Positions 48,952 through 58,106 of a stretch of 64,000 bases of DNA are shown here, one piece after another (position 1 is the stretch's first letter; each line of letters starts with the position of its first letter). The notes below the pieces were generated by a model. It had not been told where the DNA came from and made no database searches. It was given only the letters and a program-made list of their open reading frames with translations. A program made the position numbers and the translations under genes. The stretch is taken from the NCBI GenBank assembly GCA_902799745.1, contig CADCBQ010000007.1, forward strand, positions 8,088-72,087. The letters run 5' to 3'. Source of the stretch: Fibrobacter succinogenes. GTDB lineage: Bacteria > Fibrobacterota > Fibrobacteria > Fibrobacterales > Fibrobacteraceae.

Positions 48952-49894
48952 CGAATTTGACTTTAGCGAACTGCGCAACTACCTTTCAGGACAAATCGAC
49001 CTGGGCGAAGCGGAACTCTTGCTAGATGAGCCGTGGATGCTCACGCGCAAGCCCGCTGTTCCTAGCGCGCCTGCAGCGCGCCCAGCTGCGCCAGTTCCCC
49101 CGCGCCCCGTTCCGCCGACTCCGACCGCAGCTCGCCCGGTGCCGCGCAACCTGCCGCCACAATTCCCGAACAGCTCGGCAGCCACACCAGCCGATGCACC
49201 ACAAGCCCCGATTCCGGACACCACCGGATTCGCACCGTCGCTCTTCGGCGCCGTCGATGCCAAAGCAACTGCAATTTCTGTCGCAAACATGCCGACCGAG
49301 CGCATCGTCAAACGCGCCACCCATGCCTTCGAATCTGCCGAAACCCTTGACGCATTCTACGAATCCATCAAGGGAGAGGCCATGTACACCAAGGAAGCCG
49401 CACTCGCCCACTATGTGGGCCCCGCCAAGCCGAAAGTACTTTTCCTGCTCCCCGCTATTAAAATGGCCGAGGCAGCAAATATCTCGGCGACAAACACCAA
49501 CGCCTTCTTCGGGACTCCCGTCGGCGAAATGCTCTCGCGCCTGTTCGCAAGTCTAAGCATCGAGCAAAAAGATATTGGCATCACGTACTTCTTCAAGTCG
49601 ACCGAGCGCCCGCTCGCGCCGCTTCTCGAAGCCGCGCTCCGCAAGATGCTCACCAAGGAACTCAGCTTCATCCAGCCCGAAATCATGGTGACCTTCGGGC
49701 AGCCGCTATTCTATCAGGTATTCGGCAAGGGCAAGAATTTTGACGACAACGCCGGCACCGCCATGGACTTCGCCGGCACCAAGAGCGTCGCCCTCGTAGA
49801 CCCCTACCTCATGGTAAACGACAAGCAAATGAAGTGGCTCACCTGGAAGGTTCACATCCCGCGCAGCGGCATGTTCACCATCGCCGCCAAGTAG
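48944..49894 (+). CDS. Degenerate uracil-DNA glycosylase family 4-like protein
   Basis: Overlaps coaBC; FFG..GEML..L, EL..IQPEIMVTFG; lacks the GE.PG and HP motifs and has no Cys. Confidence 0.55.
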   Translation: MADEFDFSELRNYLSGQIDLGEAELLLDEPWMLTRKPAVPSAPAARPAAPVPPRPVPPTPTAARPVPRNLPPQFPNSSAATPADAPQAPIPDTTGFAPSLFGAVDAKATAISVANMPTERIVKRATHAFESAETLDAFYESIKGEAMYTKEAALAHYVGPAKPKVLFLLPAIKMAEAANISATNTNAFFGTPVGEMLSRLFASLSIEQKDIGITYFFKSTERPLAPLLEAALRKMLTKELSFIQPEIMVTFGQPLFYQVFGKGKNFDDNAGTAMDFAGTKSVALVDPYLMVNDKQMKWLTWKVHIPRSGMFTIAAK

Positions 49895-49901
49895 AGGATC
49901 C

Positions 49902-50537
49902 ATGACCGCTCCGAATCCGAACACGGTGCATCCGATTGCGGGCTACGACAAGGAAATCTACGTCAAGCCCACCATCAAGAACCCGAACATTATTGTCGGG
50001 GATTTCACCTATATCGCGGACTCGGATTTCGAAAGCCACGTGACACACCACTACGACTTTATTGGCGACAAGCTCATCATCGGGAAATTCTGCCAGATAG
50101 CTGCAGGTGTGGAATTTGTAATGAACGGAGCAAACCACCAGATGAATGCGGTTTCGACGTTTCCGTTCTATACGCTAGAAGGCTGGAAAATGAATCCGCC
50201 CGCAACAAGCGACATGCCGTTCAAGGGCGACACTGTCATCGGAAACGATGTGTGGATTGGTCAAAACGCCACCATCTTGCCGGGCGTGCATATCGGTGAC
50301 GGCGCCATCATCGGCGCGAACAGCGTCATCGGTAGCGATGTAGAGCCTTACACAATTGTCGTCGGCAATCCCGCCGAAGCAATCCGCTATCGTTTTGATG
50401 AAGAACTGACAGAACTTCTGCTCAAATTCAAGTGGTGGGACAAACCCATCGAAGAAATCAACGAGTTGATTCCTATTCTTACAAGCAGCGATCTTGAAAA
50501 AGTCAAAGCCGAAATCCGTCGGCTAATGAAGCATTAA
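49902..50537 (+). CDS. Vat/CatB-family xenobiotic O-acetyltransferase
   Basis: NIIVGDFTY, DKLIIGKFCQIA, GANH, STFPF, KGDTVIGNDVWIG hexapeptide repeats, WWD. Confidence 0.92.
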   Translation: MTAPNPNTVHPIAGYDKEIYVKPTIKNPNIIVGDFTYIADSDFESHVTHHYDFIGDKLIIGKFCQIAAGVEFVMNGANHQMNAVSTFPFYTLEGWKMNPPATSDMPFKGDTVIGNDVWIGQNATILPGVHIGDGAIIGANSVIGSDVEPYTIVVGNPAEAIRYRFDEELTELLLKFKWWDKPIEEINELIPILTSSDLEKVKAEIRRLMKH

Positions 50538-50553
50538 AACGAAGCTTCAATCA

Positions 50554-51507
50554 TTATACTTCAATCAGCGTAGCGACTAAGCAGCTGTCTTTGGTGTGGC
50601 CGGAGCCGACGAAATCAATGTCCTGCGACTTATTCCAAAGAGTTTTCGCTTTCGGGTGGACGGACGCAACCGATGCGAGCGCATTCCGCGAGAAGGCGGA
50701 CAAATTAAATTCGCTGTAGTTGGAACTCACCATAAAGAGGCCGCCCTTGTTCAGGAGCGTGGCACAGTCGGCTACGAGCGGCATCAAGTGTTCGCGCACA
50801 TTGAAGTTCTTGCCCTTGAAGCGGGCAAAGCTCGGCGGATCGAGCACGACGGCATCGAACTTGAGCCCTTTCTTTTGAGCCCAATGAACGTATTCGACGG
50901 CATTGCCTCTGAAGAATTCGCCCTGTTTGGGTTCGAGCCCGTTGAGGGCATAATTTTCGCGACCCTTGTCCAAAATCTTCGCGCTGATGTCGGCGTTCGT
51001 CGAAATCTCGGCGCCACCCAAGCGGCCATGCACCGAGAAGGCGCAGGTGTAGCTGAACAGATTCAACATACGGCGCCCTGCTGCACGCTCGCCCATCTCC
51101 AAACGGATCGCACGCATGTCAAGGAACAGGCCCGGATTCACCGTATCGAGCAAATCGATGTGGAACATCGCAGAACCTTCGCGGACAACACCCGTAGAAT
51201 CTTCAGGGCGGCCCACCAACACTTCCATCGGCGGGTTTTCGAGCGACTTGCCGGAACGGGAAAGGCGTTCTTTTACCACAAGGCAAACGGGAGAAAACTT
51301 CTGCGCAATCGCATCGGCAATGGCACGTTTTTCGCGAAGCAATTCATCACCGAAAAACTGAATCTGGTAACGGTCACCGAACTTATCAAGCGTCATGCCG
51401 GGGAATCCATCCGGTGCCCCATTCACAATGCGAAAAGCCTCAGTAACCCCCAGCAAAGGAGCTCGTTTTTTATAAGCAGCATCTAAATTATTGATTAAAT
51501 CTTTCAT
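50554..51507 (-). CDS. Class I SAM-dependent methyltransferase (RlmI/RlmK-like)
   Basis: GLFLDMR, LNLFSYTCAFSV, FD.VVLDPPSF. Confidence 0.88.
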   Translation of the reverse strand: MKDLINNLDAAYKKRAPLLGVTEAFRIVNGAPDGFPGMTLDKFGDRYQIQFFGDELLREKRAIADAIAQKFSPVCLVVKERLSRSGKSLENPPMEVLVGRPEDSTGVVREGSAMFHIDLLDTVNPGLFLDMRAIRLEMGERAAGRRMLNLFSYTCAFSVHGRLGGAEISTNADISAKILDKGRENYALNGLEPKQGEFFRGNAVEYVHWAQKKGLKFDAVVLDPPSFARFKGKNFNVREHLMPLVADCATLLNKGGLFMVSSNYSEFNLSAFSRNALASVASVHPKAKTLWNKSQDIDFVGSGHTKDSCLVATLIEV

Positions 51508-51663
51508 AGGTATGAGGTATGAGCTCGGTCGCCTTCAGCTCCCTATGAGGAACGAGGCTTTAGTAGAAAGATAAATTTTTATTCCTAGCTGAATCCTCAA
51601 TGGTGCGTAGCACCGACCTCAAAGTGAGTTTACGAACGCGCTCAAAACTCATAGCGCGCAGCG
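51508..51663. repeat. Composite REP-like cluster (inverted TGAG/CTCA arms, TAC-triloop hairpin)
   Basis: AGGTATGAGGTATGAGCTC... on the left; CCTCAATGGTGC-GTA-GCACCGACCTC... on the right. Confidence 0.65.
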
Positions 51664-52107
51664 CTACTTGTCCATGCTCTTGATTTGGTCCACGAATTCG
51701 CCGACTTCCTTGAATTCGCGGTAAATCGAGGCAAAGCGCACGTAGGCGACGGCATCGAGTTTCTTGAGTTCCTGCATCACCAGGTTGCCAATCTGTTCGT
51801 AGCTGACTTCGAAGTTTTCAGTCACGGTCAGGGCGTTTTCCACATTGGTCGCGAGCTGTTCAATGTCGGCGACCGAGACGGGGCGCTTTTTGCAGGAGTT
51901 CATGATACCGCGCAAGAGCTTTTCGCGCTGGAACGGTTCATGTTCGCCGCTGCGCTTGATCACGGTCAGCGGCTGGACTTCGATGTATTCACGAGTGGTA
52001 AAGCGTTTGCCGCATTCGCAACATTCGCGACGACGTCGAATGGAGGAACCGCTCACGCGGCTGTCCACCACCTTGTCGTTATCTTTCTTGCAAAATGGGC
52101 AAATCAT
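51664..52107 (-). CDS. nrdR: Transcriptional repressor NrdR
   Basis: CPFC...V.DSR...IRRRREC..C.KRFTT.E, ATP cone, VAYVRFASIYREF. Confidence 0.97.
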   Translation of the reverse strand: MICPFCKKDNDKVVDSRVSGSSIRRRRECCECGKRFTTREYIEVQPLTVIKRSGEHEPFQREKLLRGIMNSCKKRPVSVADIEQLATNVENALTVTENFEVSYEQIGNLVMQELKKLDAVAYVRFASIYREFKEVGEFVDQIKSMDK

Positions 52108-52115
52108 CTTAAACC

Positions 52116-54188
52116 TTAGTTGAACTTCTTGAATTCAGCGACGTTTGCCTTGAATTCAGCGAGGTATTCCTTCGCGGCAGCCACGACGGCTTCCGGAGTG
52201 TAACCGAATTCTTTTTCGAGGACTCCTGCCGGAGCAGAAGCGCCGAAGCGTTCGAGGCCGGAGACCTTGCCGAAGCCACCCACGACCTGGGCGAACAGGA
52301 GCGGAAGGCCACTGGACTTTGCAAACACCGGAGTCCAAGGAACAATCACGGATTCACGATAAGCCTTGTCCTGGGCCATGAAGAGGGCCGGGCTGATCAT
52401 GGAGACCACGCGGACCTTGAGGCCTTCGCCACGGAGGATTTCGGCGGCGTCGTGGGTCAGGAGCACGTCGGAACCGTTAGACACGAAGGTCAGGTCCGGG
52501 CGTGCGGAGCCACAATTGTCGCTCACGATGTAGGCACCCTTGCGGCAAGCCTTGGAGGCTTCGTAGCGCTTGTCGCCGGGGAGCGTCTTCACGTTCTGGC
52601 GGGTCAAGATAATCGCCGTCGGGCGATCGTTGTTTTCAAAAGCCATTTCCCAGGCGGTCACGGTTTCGAAGGCGTCGGCCGGGCGGAGCACCAGCATTTC
52701 GGACTTGCCGTCTTCACGCTTGAGACCTTCGAGCAAACGGATCTGGGTTTCGTGTTCGATCGGCTGGTGCGTCGGGCCGTCTTCGCCCACGCGGAAGCTG
52801 TCATGCGTGTACATGAACTTGACCGGGAGTTTCATGAGGGCTGCCATACGGAGAGCCGGCTTCATGAAGTCGCTGAACACGAAGAATGTAGCACAAATCG
52901 GATAGAGGCCGCCGTGCAGTGCGATACCGCAGCAGATGGCGCCCATGGTGAGTTCGGCAACGCCCACCTGAACGAAGGCGCCCTTGAAGTCGCCTGCGCG
53001 GAAGATGCCGGTCTTGTTGAGGAAGGCCTGAGTGTTGTCGGAGTTAGAAAGGTCAGCAGAGCTGCAGATACAGTTCTTCACGTTTTCGGCGAGGTAGCCG
53101 AGCACGGTACCGGAGGTCACGCGGGTAGCGACACCTTCCTTGAGTTCGAGGCCGGAAAGGTCGATCTTCGGAGCCTTGCCCGAGAGCCATTCCTTGAGAG
53201 TGGCAGCCTTTTCGGGGTTCTTGGCATCCCAAGCAGCCTTGGCCTTCTTCCATTCGGCAACCTGCTTGCGGAGTTCTTCCTTACGAGCTTCGAAGCCTGC
53301 CTTCACGTCGTCAAAAATCTTGAATGCATCGGCCGGATCGCCGCCGAGGTTCTTCACGGTTGCATCGGTAGAAGCGCCTGCTGCGTTGAGCGGCTGACCG
53401 TGGGTAGAAACGGCACCTTCAAAGGACTTACCGTCTTCGGCGATGGCGCCCTTGGCCATAGTGGTGTGACCAATGATGATGGTCGGCTTTTCAGTTTCGG
53501 CCCAAGCGGCCTTGAAAGCCTTGCGGAGTTCTGCAATGTTGTGACCGTCGGCCACGTCAATCACGCGGAAGCCCCATGCTTCGTACTGACCAGCCAAGTC
53601 GTGGCTCATCACGTCTTCAACCTTGCAGGACAGCTGCACCTGGTTGGCGTCGTAGAAGAAAATGAGGTTCGAAAGCCTGAGGTGACCGGCAATGCGGCCC
53701 ACGCCGTAAGCGATTTCTTCTTCGAGGCCGCCGTCAGACACGAGGCATACGACCTTGTGCTGCAGAATGTCGCCAAAGCGTTCGACCATGAAGCGTTCGG
53801 CAATAGCGTTACCGAGGGCTACGGCATGACCGATACCGAGCGGGCCCGAGGAGTTTTCGATGCCGAGGGCGACTTCGACTTCGGGGTGACCCGGAGTGCG
53901 GGAGCCGAGCTGGCGGAAATTCTTGAGGTCTTCCATCGAGAGGTTGCCGAGCATGGCAAGTTCGCCGTACAGGAGCGCGGACATGTGGCCCGGGTCCATA
54001 AAGAAGCGGTCGCGGGCTTCCCAGTAGGGGTTTTCGGGGTCAAAACGGAGAAATTCCGAATACAGGAGCGTAATGGCGTCTGCTGCGCCCATGGCTCCAC
54101 CCGGGTGACCGGACTTTGCCTTCTGCACCATGGCAGCGGAAAGGATTCGAATATTGTCAGCCGCTTTTGTAACCAACGCGTCTTGCAC
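52116..54188 (-). CDS. tkt: Transketolase
   Basis: SGHPG, RDRF, TPGHPE, GPLG.G, SADL, THDS..VGEDGPTHQP, LTRQ, FGASAP; GTG start with SD GAGG. Confidence 0.96.
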   Translation of the reverse strand: MQDALVTKAADNIRILSAAMVQKAKSGHPGGAMGAADAITLLYSEFLRFDPENPYWEARDRFFMDPGHMSALLYGELAMLGNLSMEDLKNFRQLGSRTPGHPEVEVALGIENSSGPLGIGHAVALGNAIAERFMVERFGDILQHKVVCLVSDGGLEEEIAYGVGRIAGHLRLSNLIFFYDANQVQLSCKVEDVMSHDLAGQYEAWGFRVIDVADGHNIAELRKAFKAAWAETEKPTIIIGHTTMAKGAIAEDGKSFEGAVSTHGQPLNAAGASTDATVKNLGGDPADAFKIFDDVKAGFEARKEELRKQVAEWKKAKAAWDAKNPEKAATLKEWLSGKAPKIDLSGLELKEGVATRVTSGTVLGYLAENVKNCICSSADLSNSDNTQAFLNKTGIFRAGDFKGAFVQVGVAELTMGAICCGIALHGGLYPICATFFVFSDFMKPALRMAALMKLPVKFMYTHDSFRVGEDGPTHQPIEHETQIRLLEGLKREDGKSEMLVLRPADAFETVTAWEMAFENNDRPTAIILTRQNVKTLPGDKRYEASKACRKGAYIVSDNCGSARPDLTFVSNGSDVLLTHDAAEILRGEGLKVRVVSMISPALFMAQDKAYRESVIVPWTPVFAKSSGLPLLFAQVVGGFGKVSGLERFGASAPAGVLEKEFGYTPEAVVAAAKEYLAEFKANVAEFKKFN

Positions 54189-54384
54189 TTTTTTAACCTC
54201 TCTTTAGAATTTGCGACCCAAATTTAACTTTTTTTAGCCAATCTCTCAAGGTAAGCTATCAGAAAACACCTTATAATCTCCTTATAATTAATGGAACTTA
54301 GTGAAAAATGTTTTACCAAATCCGCAGGAAAATACAGCCGTTTTATATCTATTTTTGGGGCAGGAAAAACAAAGGTCTCTTAAT

Positions 54385-55461
54385 ATGATAAAAAATCTTT
54401 ACAAAACAGCCTTTATTGCCCTGGCCGGCATGGTCGCCTCGGCACAAGCCCTCGAAATCCGTCCCTACTCCGAAATCCTTTTTCCTGCCAAGGTTAAAAT
54501 ATCTGCAGAAGAATTCGGAAATAGCTTTTCTTACAAAGTAGATTCCGACCCCGTTTACGCAGGCGGCGCAGAAGTTCTCGTTTCTCCAGAAAACATTCCT
54601 ATCCGCTTCGGTGGCGGTCTCGGCGTCAAGTCAGCCCAGCAAAAGGGCAGCACCGTCATCACGCCGGCATTGCTCCCGCTCTGGGGAACCATCACTTACG
54701 ATCCGATCAAGGACAAATACGCAGTTTCTCCTTATATCGTTGCAAGAGTCGGTACTGCAGCACCGCTTACCGGCAACGGAAACTGGTGGGAAAAGCCTCT
54801 CAACTTTACGGTGAATGGCGGTATCGGCGTTATCTTGCCGTTCAACATCGGCCTCGAAGTCGTTTACGACTACACCTCGATCCTCAAGTCGTTCAAGAGT
54901 ATCGAAACCAAGTACCGCGCCTCCTCTGGCCGCGTAGGCATCGTTCTCTCTTACGGAATCAACATCGGATCCAAGAACCCGAAGCCTGCCGAAGAAGAAC
55001 CTAAGGGCTACGACGTTTCCTCCATTACCAACGAAAATACAAGCGAAGAACCGGCAGAATCCCAGGAAACCTCCAGCTTTGACTACTCCGGTGGCGCTTA
55101 CGATTCCTCCTCCGAAACCGACTCTTCTTCTACCACAAGCGAAACAACCGATTACGGTTACGGCTACGGCGCCTCCGAAGAAACCTCTTCTGAATCTACC
55201 GCAGACACAGCCGCCAGCGAAACCGAATCTACAGAACCTGCTGCAGAAGAGAGCGCCCCCGAAGAAAGCGCCGCAGAAGAAGCCCCCGCTGAACCCGAAG
55301 CAGTCGCTGAACCTGAACCGGAGCCCGAACCCGAAGTAGCCCCGGAACCGGAACCCAAGCCTGCAGCAAAGAAGGCCACCAAGAAGTCTTCCAAGAAGTC
55401 CAAGAAATCTTCCAAGAAGTCTTCGAAGAAGTCCTCCAAAAAGAGCAAAAAGAAGAAGTAA
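54385..55461 (+). CDS. Exported beta-barrel-like protein with acidic linker and Lys/Ser-rich basic tail
   Basis: Signal peptide AQA; amphipathic strands; E/S/P-rich region; KKSSKK repeats at the C-terminus. Confidence 0.75.
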   Translation: MIKNLYKTAFIALAGMVASAQALEIRPYSEILFPAKVKISAEEFGNSFSYKVDSDPVYAGGAEVLVSPENIPIRFGGGLGVKSAQQKGSTVITPALLPLWGTITYDPIKDKYAVSPYIVARVGTAAPLTGNGNWWEKPLNFTVNGGIGVILPFNIGLEVVYDYTSILKSFKSIETKYRASSGRVGIVLSYGINIGSKNPKPAEEEPKGYDVSSITNENTSEEPAESQETSSFDYSGGAYDSSSETDSSSTTSETTDYGYGYGASEETSSESTADTAASETESTEPAAEESAPEESAAEEAPAEPEAVAEPEPEPEPEVAPEPEPKPAAKKATKKSSKKSKKSSKKSSKKSSKKSKKKK

Positions 55462-55540
55462 TGCTCACACAAATTTGAAAACGGATTAGTTCACAACAAA
55501 TGAGGCGCCCTTGGGCGCCTTCATTATTTATATTTATAAA

Positions 55541-58099
55541 ATGAAAGCTTTCATTACTGGACTTTTGAAGAATCTTGCCCACCCGGGAACGATTGTCGGT
55601 CTCATTGTTTCGATTGCGATTCCGTTCCTGATTTACCTGGGCCCAAACGTAGGGCACAAGGGCACCATTAAAAATCTTGACCTTTACCTGCCCCTGCCGC
55701 TTTTCCTGGTGCAGCTGATTGCAGCCATTGTCCTAATCGTCTTGCTGAATAAGGATTTTAGGGAATGGATCAAGGGAATCTTGCCCGAAAAGAAGCTTTC
55801 CATCTTGATGCTTACCTTTACCGCCGCCATCACGATTTTTGCAGGCACCCAGATTGAAGCGCGCCACCGCGTTCAAAGCGATGAAAGCGTATTCATGTCC
55901 GTTGCCCAGAACATGTACTACAACCATGAATCGGGTACATGCAACCAGGGATTCTTCGAAGACGGCAAGCTGAATTGCGTAGCGACATCCAACAGCTTCA
56001 AGACCAAGGGACTCGCGTTCCTTTACCTGCTCGGCATGCCCCTTATGGGTAACGACCTGCACTGGATTTTCCACATGGAACTCTTGATGCTCCCGCTCGC
56101 GGTGCTTCTGATGTTCCTTGCGATTGCCGCGTGGACCCGCCAACCGCTCCTTGCATTCTTTGCGGCGTTGCTCACGGCATTGCAGCCCACGGTACTTTTC
56201 CAGTTCCGCGCCATGTCGGTGGAACCGCTCTACATTTTCCTTTCCGCCCTTTCGCTCCTGATTTTCAAATGGGCCTACGACCGTAACACCGTCAAGCATT
56301 GGGCACTCCTCGCTCTTTCGCTTGCGTTCTTTGCTCAGACCCGCCAAGAAACCGCATTTTGCCTGCTCGCCTTTATCGTATTCGCCCTCCCCAAGCTCCT
56401 CGACAGCAAGAGCGCCAAGGCACCCACATTCTTCGTGACCCTTTCGCTCTTCTCGGTTCCGGCACTCCTCACCATCAGTTACTTCCAGGGTTTCGGATTC
56501 CAGGGAGGCGAATTCGAGGCTCACGGACATTTCTTTGAAGACCTAGCCCGCAACTGGGAAGAAATGACCAAGCCGCTGACCAAGAACGGCGAACTCGAAA
56601 ACCCGTTCCTCACCTACTTTAACTACCTGTTTGCCATTGGCGCCATTTACCTACTGGTGCGCGCCATCTGGGGCGCCAAGAAAAAGGAATACTTCTACCT
56701 CGAAATCCTCGCCTTCTTGCTCTTGTACCACATCCAAACTTACATGATCCTCGAAAACGTTTCTGGTGATTTCAGCATCCAGATCAACCAGCGTTACAGC
56801 TTGGTCATGTTACCGTCGATGGCTTTTGTCGGAGCTCTCCCGATAGCACACCTCGTTCAAAAGTTGATTGAATCGATGAGTGGAAAAGATGCAAAGCTGA
56901 ACGCATCGACAGCACTCCTTACCACGCTTGCGGTTGCCCTCATCTTTACCGGTTGGACCTTCCATTATAAAGAAGACTTCAACAAGAACATCATGTACAA
57001 CCGCAACCACCTGACTATCGAAGAACACGAAATTCTGGGTTGGCTTGCGGAACAGCCGAAAAAAGACCGCATGTTCATTTACGGTCGCCCCTGGCATTTT
57101 ATCGGTTACGGCGTATCGTCCATCCATTACGACCGCGCTCGCCAAATGAGTACACTCGACCTCAAGAAACTGATCGACAAGTACCAAGGTGAAGTCTACT
57201 ACATTCGCGGGCTCGACTGCTGGGACAGCCAGACTTACCACAAGAAAGCGGTCGAACACCGTATCGCCACCACCTGCGACATATTTGAACGCGACATGGA
57301 CCTGGAAGGCGTCAAGAACATTTTGATTACCAACAACTACTGGGTGCAAATCGCCAAGTTCAACGGCCGCAAGGAATTCAACCCGAAAAACATTATCGCC
57401 GTAAGTGATCTCAAGTACATGGCGGCAGAAGATTCTCTCGCCCACGCGTCGCTCCTCTACGGAATCAACTTGAACGAACGATCCGCCGTTGCAAGCAACT
57501 GGGACTACATGGTTATCGCCAATGGCGACACGCTCTCACGCGCGCCCTACATTCCCGGAAGCATCGCAGGCAGTCTCAGCGAAGACAAACTCGTTGCCGG
57601 TTACAATCACATGGAATTTGTCGTACAGAACCGCGAAAACGGCAAAGTCATGGCCGACATCCAGAAATTCTACTTTAACAACTTGACCGGCGCCGTACAG
57701 CTCGTAGAACTCCCCTACGCAAGCCACAAGCAAGCTTGGGGCAAACTCCACAAGAACACGTCCCTCGAAGGCAACCCCTTCAAGGTCGGCGGCAAATACT
57801 ACAGCGAAGGCTTCGGCACGCACGCCTCTTCCGAAACGGTCTTTAATATCGAAGGCAAGTTCAAGACATTCAAGATGGGCTACGGCCTCGACGAGGAATC
57901 GCTCTGCAGCGACGGCGTCCAGGTGCAAATCATCGCCGATGGAAACGTAATCCACGACAGTGGCCGCTTCGCGCTCGGCAATTTGAAGACCGCCGAAGTG
58001 AATGTCGAAAACGTGAAGACGCTCGCCATCAGAACCAACTCTTTCGAAGATATGGACTGCGACCACGTCGATATCATCAACCCCGCGCTTATTCCCTAG
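55541..58099 (+). CDS. GT-C (ArnT/PMT-like) membrane glycosyltransferase with C-terminal NPCBM domain
   Basis: SDE motif after the first TMs, many TM helices, EP, RY; C-terminal GFGTHA.SE, G.D...DGV...I..DG, DH. Confidence 0.75.
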   Translation: MKAFITGLLKNLAHPGTIVGLIVSIAIPFLIYLGPNVGHKGTIKNLDLYLPLPLFLVQLIAAIVLIVLLNKDFREWIKGILPEKKLSILMLTFTAAITIFAGTQIEARHRVQSDESVFMSVAQNMYYNHESGTCNQGFFEDGKLNCVATSNSFKTKGLAFLYLLGMPLMGNDLHWIFHMELLMLPLAVLLMFLAIAAWTRQPLLAFFAALLTALQPTVLFQFRAMSVEPLYIFLSALSLLIFKWAYDRNTVKHWALLALSLAFFAQTRQETAFCLLAFIVFALPKLLDSKSAKAPTFFVTLSLFSVPALLTISYFQGFGFQGGEFEAHGHFFEDLARNWEEMTKPLTKNGELENPFLTYFNYLFAIGAIYLLVRAIWGAKKKEYFYLEILAFLLLYHIQTYMILENVSGDFSIQINQRYSLVMLPSMAFVGALPIAHLVQKLIESMSGKDAKLNASTALLTTLAVALIFTGWTFHYKEDFNKNIMYNRNHLTIEEHEILGWLAEQPKKDRMFIYGRPWHFIGYGVSSIHYDRARQMSTLDLKKLIDKYQGEVYYIRGLDCWDSQTYHKKAVEHRIATTCDIFERDMDLEGVKNILITNNYWVQIAKFNGRKEFNPKNIIAVSDLKYMAAEDSLAHASLLYGINLNERSAVASNWDYMVIANGDTLSRAPYIPGSIAGSLSEDKLVAGYNHMEFVVQNRENGKVMADIQKFYFNNLTGAVQLVELPYASHKQAWGKLHKNTSLEGNPFKVGGKYYSEGFGTHASSETVFNIEGKFKTFKMGYGLDEESLCSDGVQVQIIADGNVIHDSGRFALGNLKTAEVNVENVKTLAIRTNSFEDMDCDHVDIINPALIP

Positions 58100-58106
58100 G
58101 TAAATC

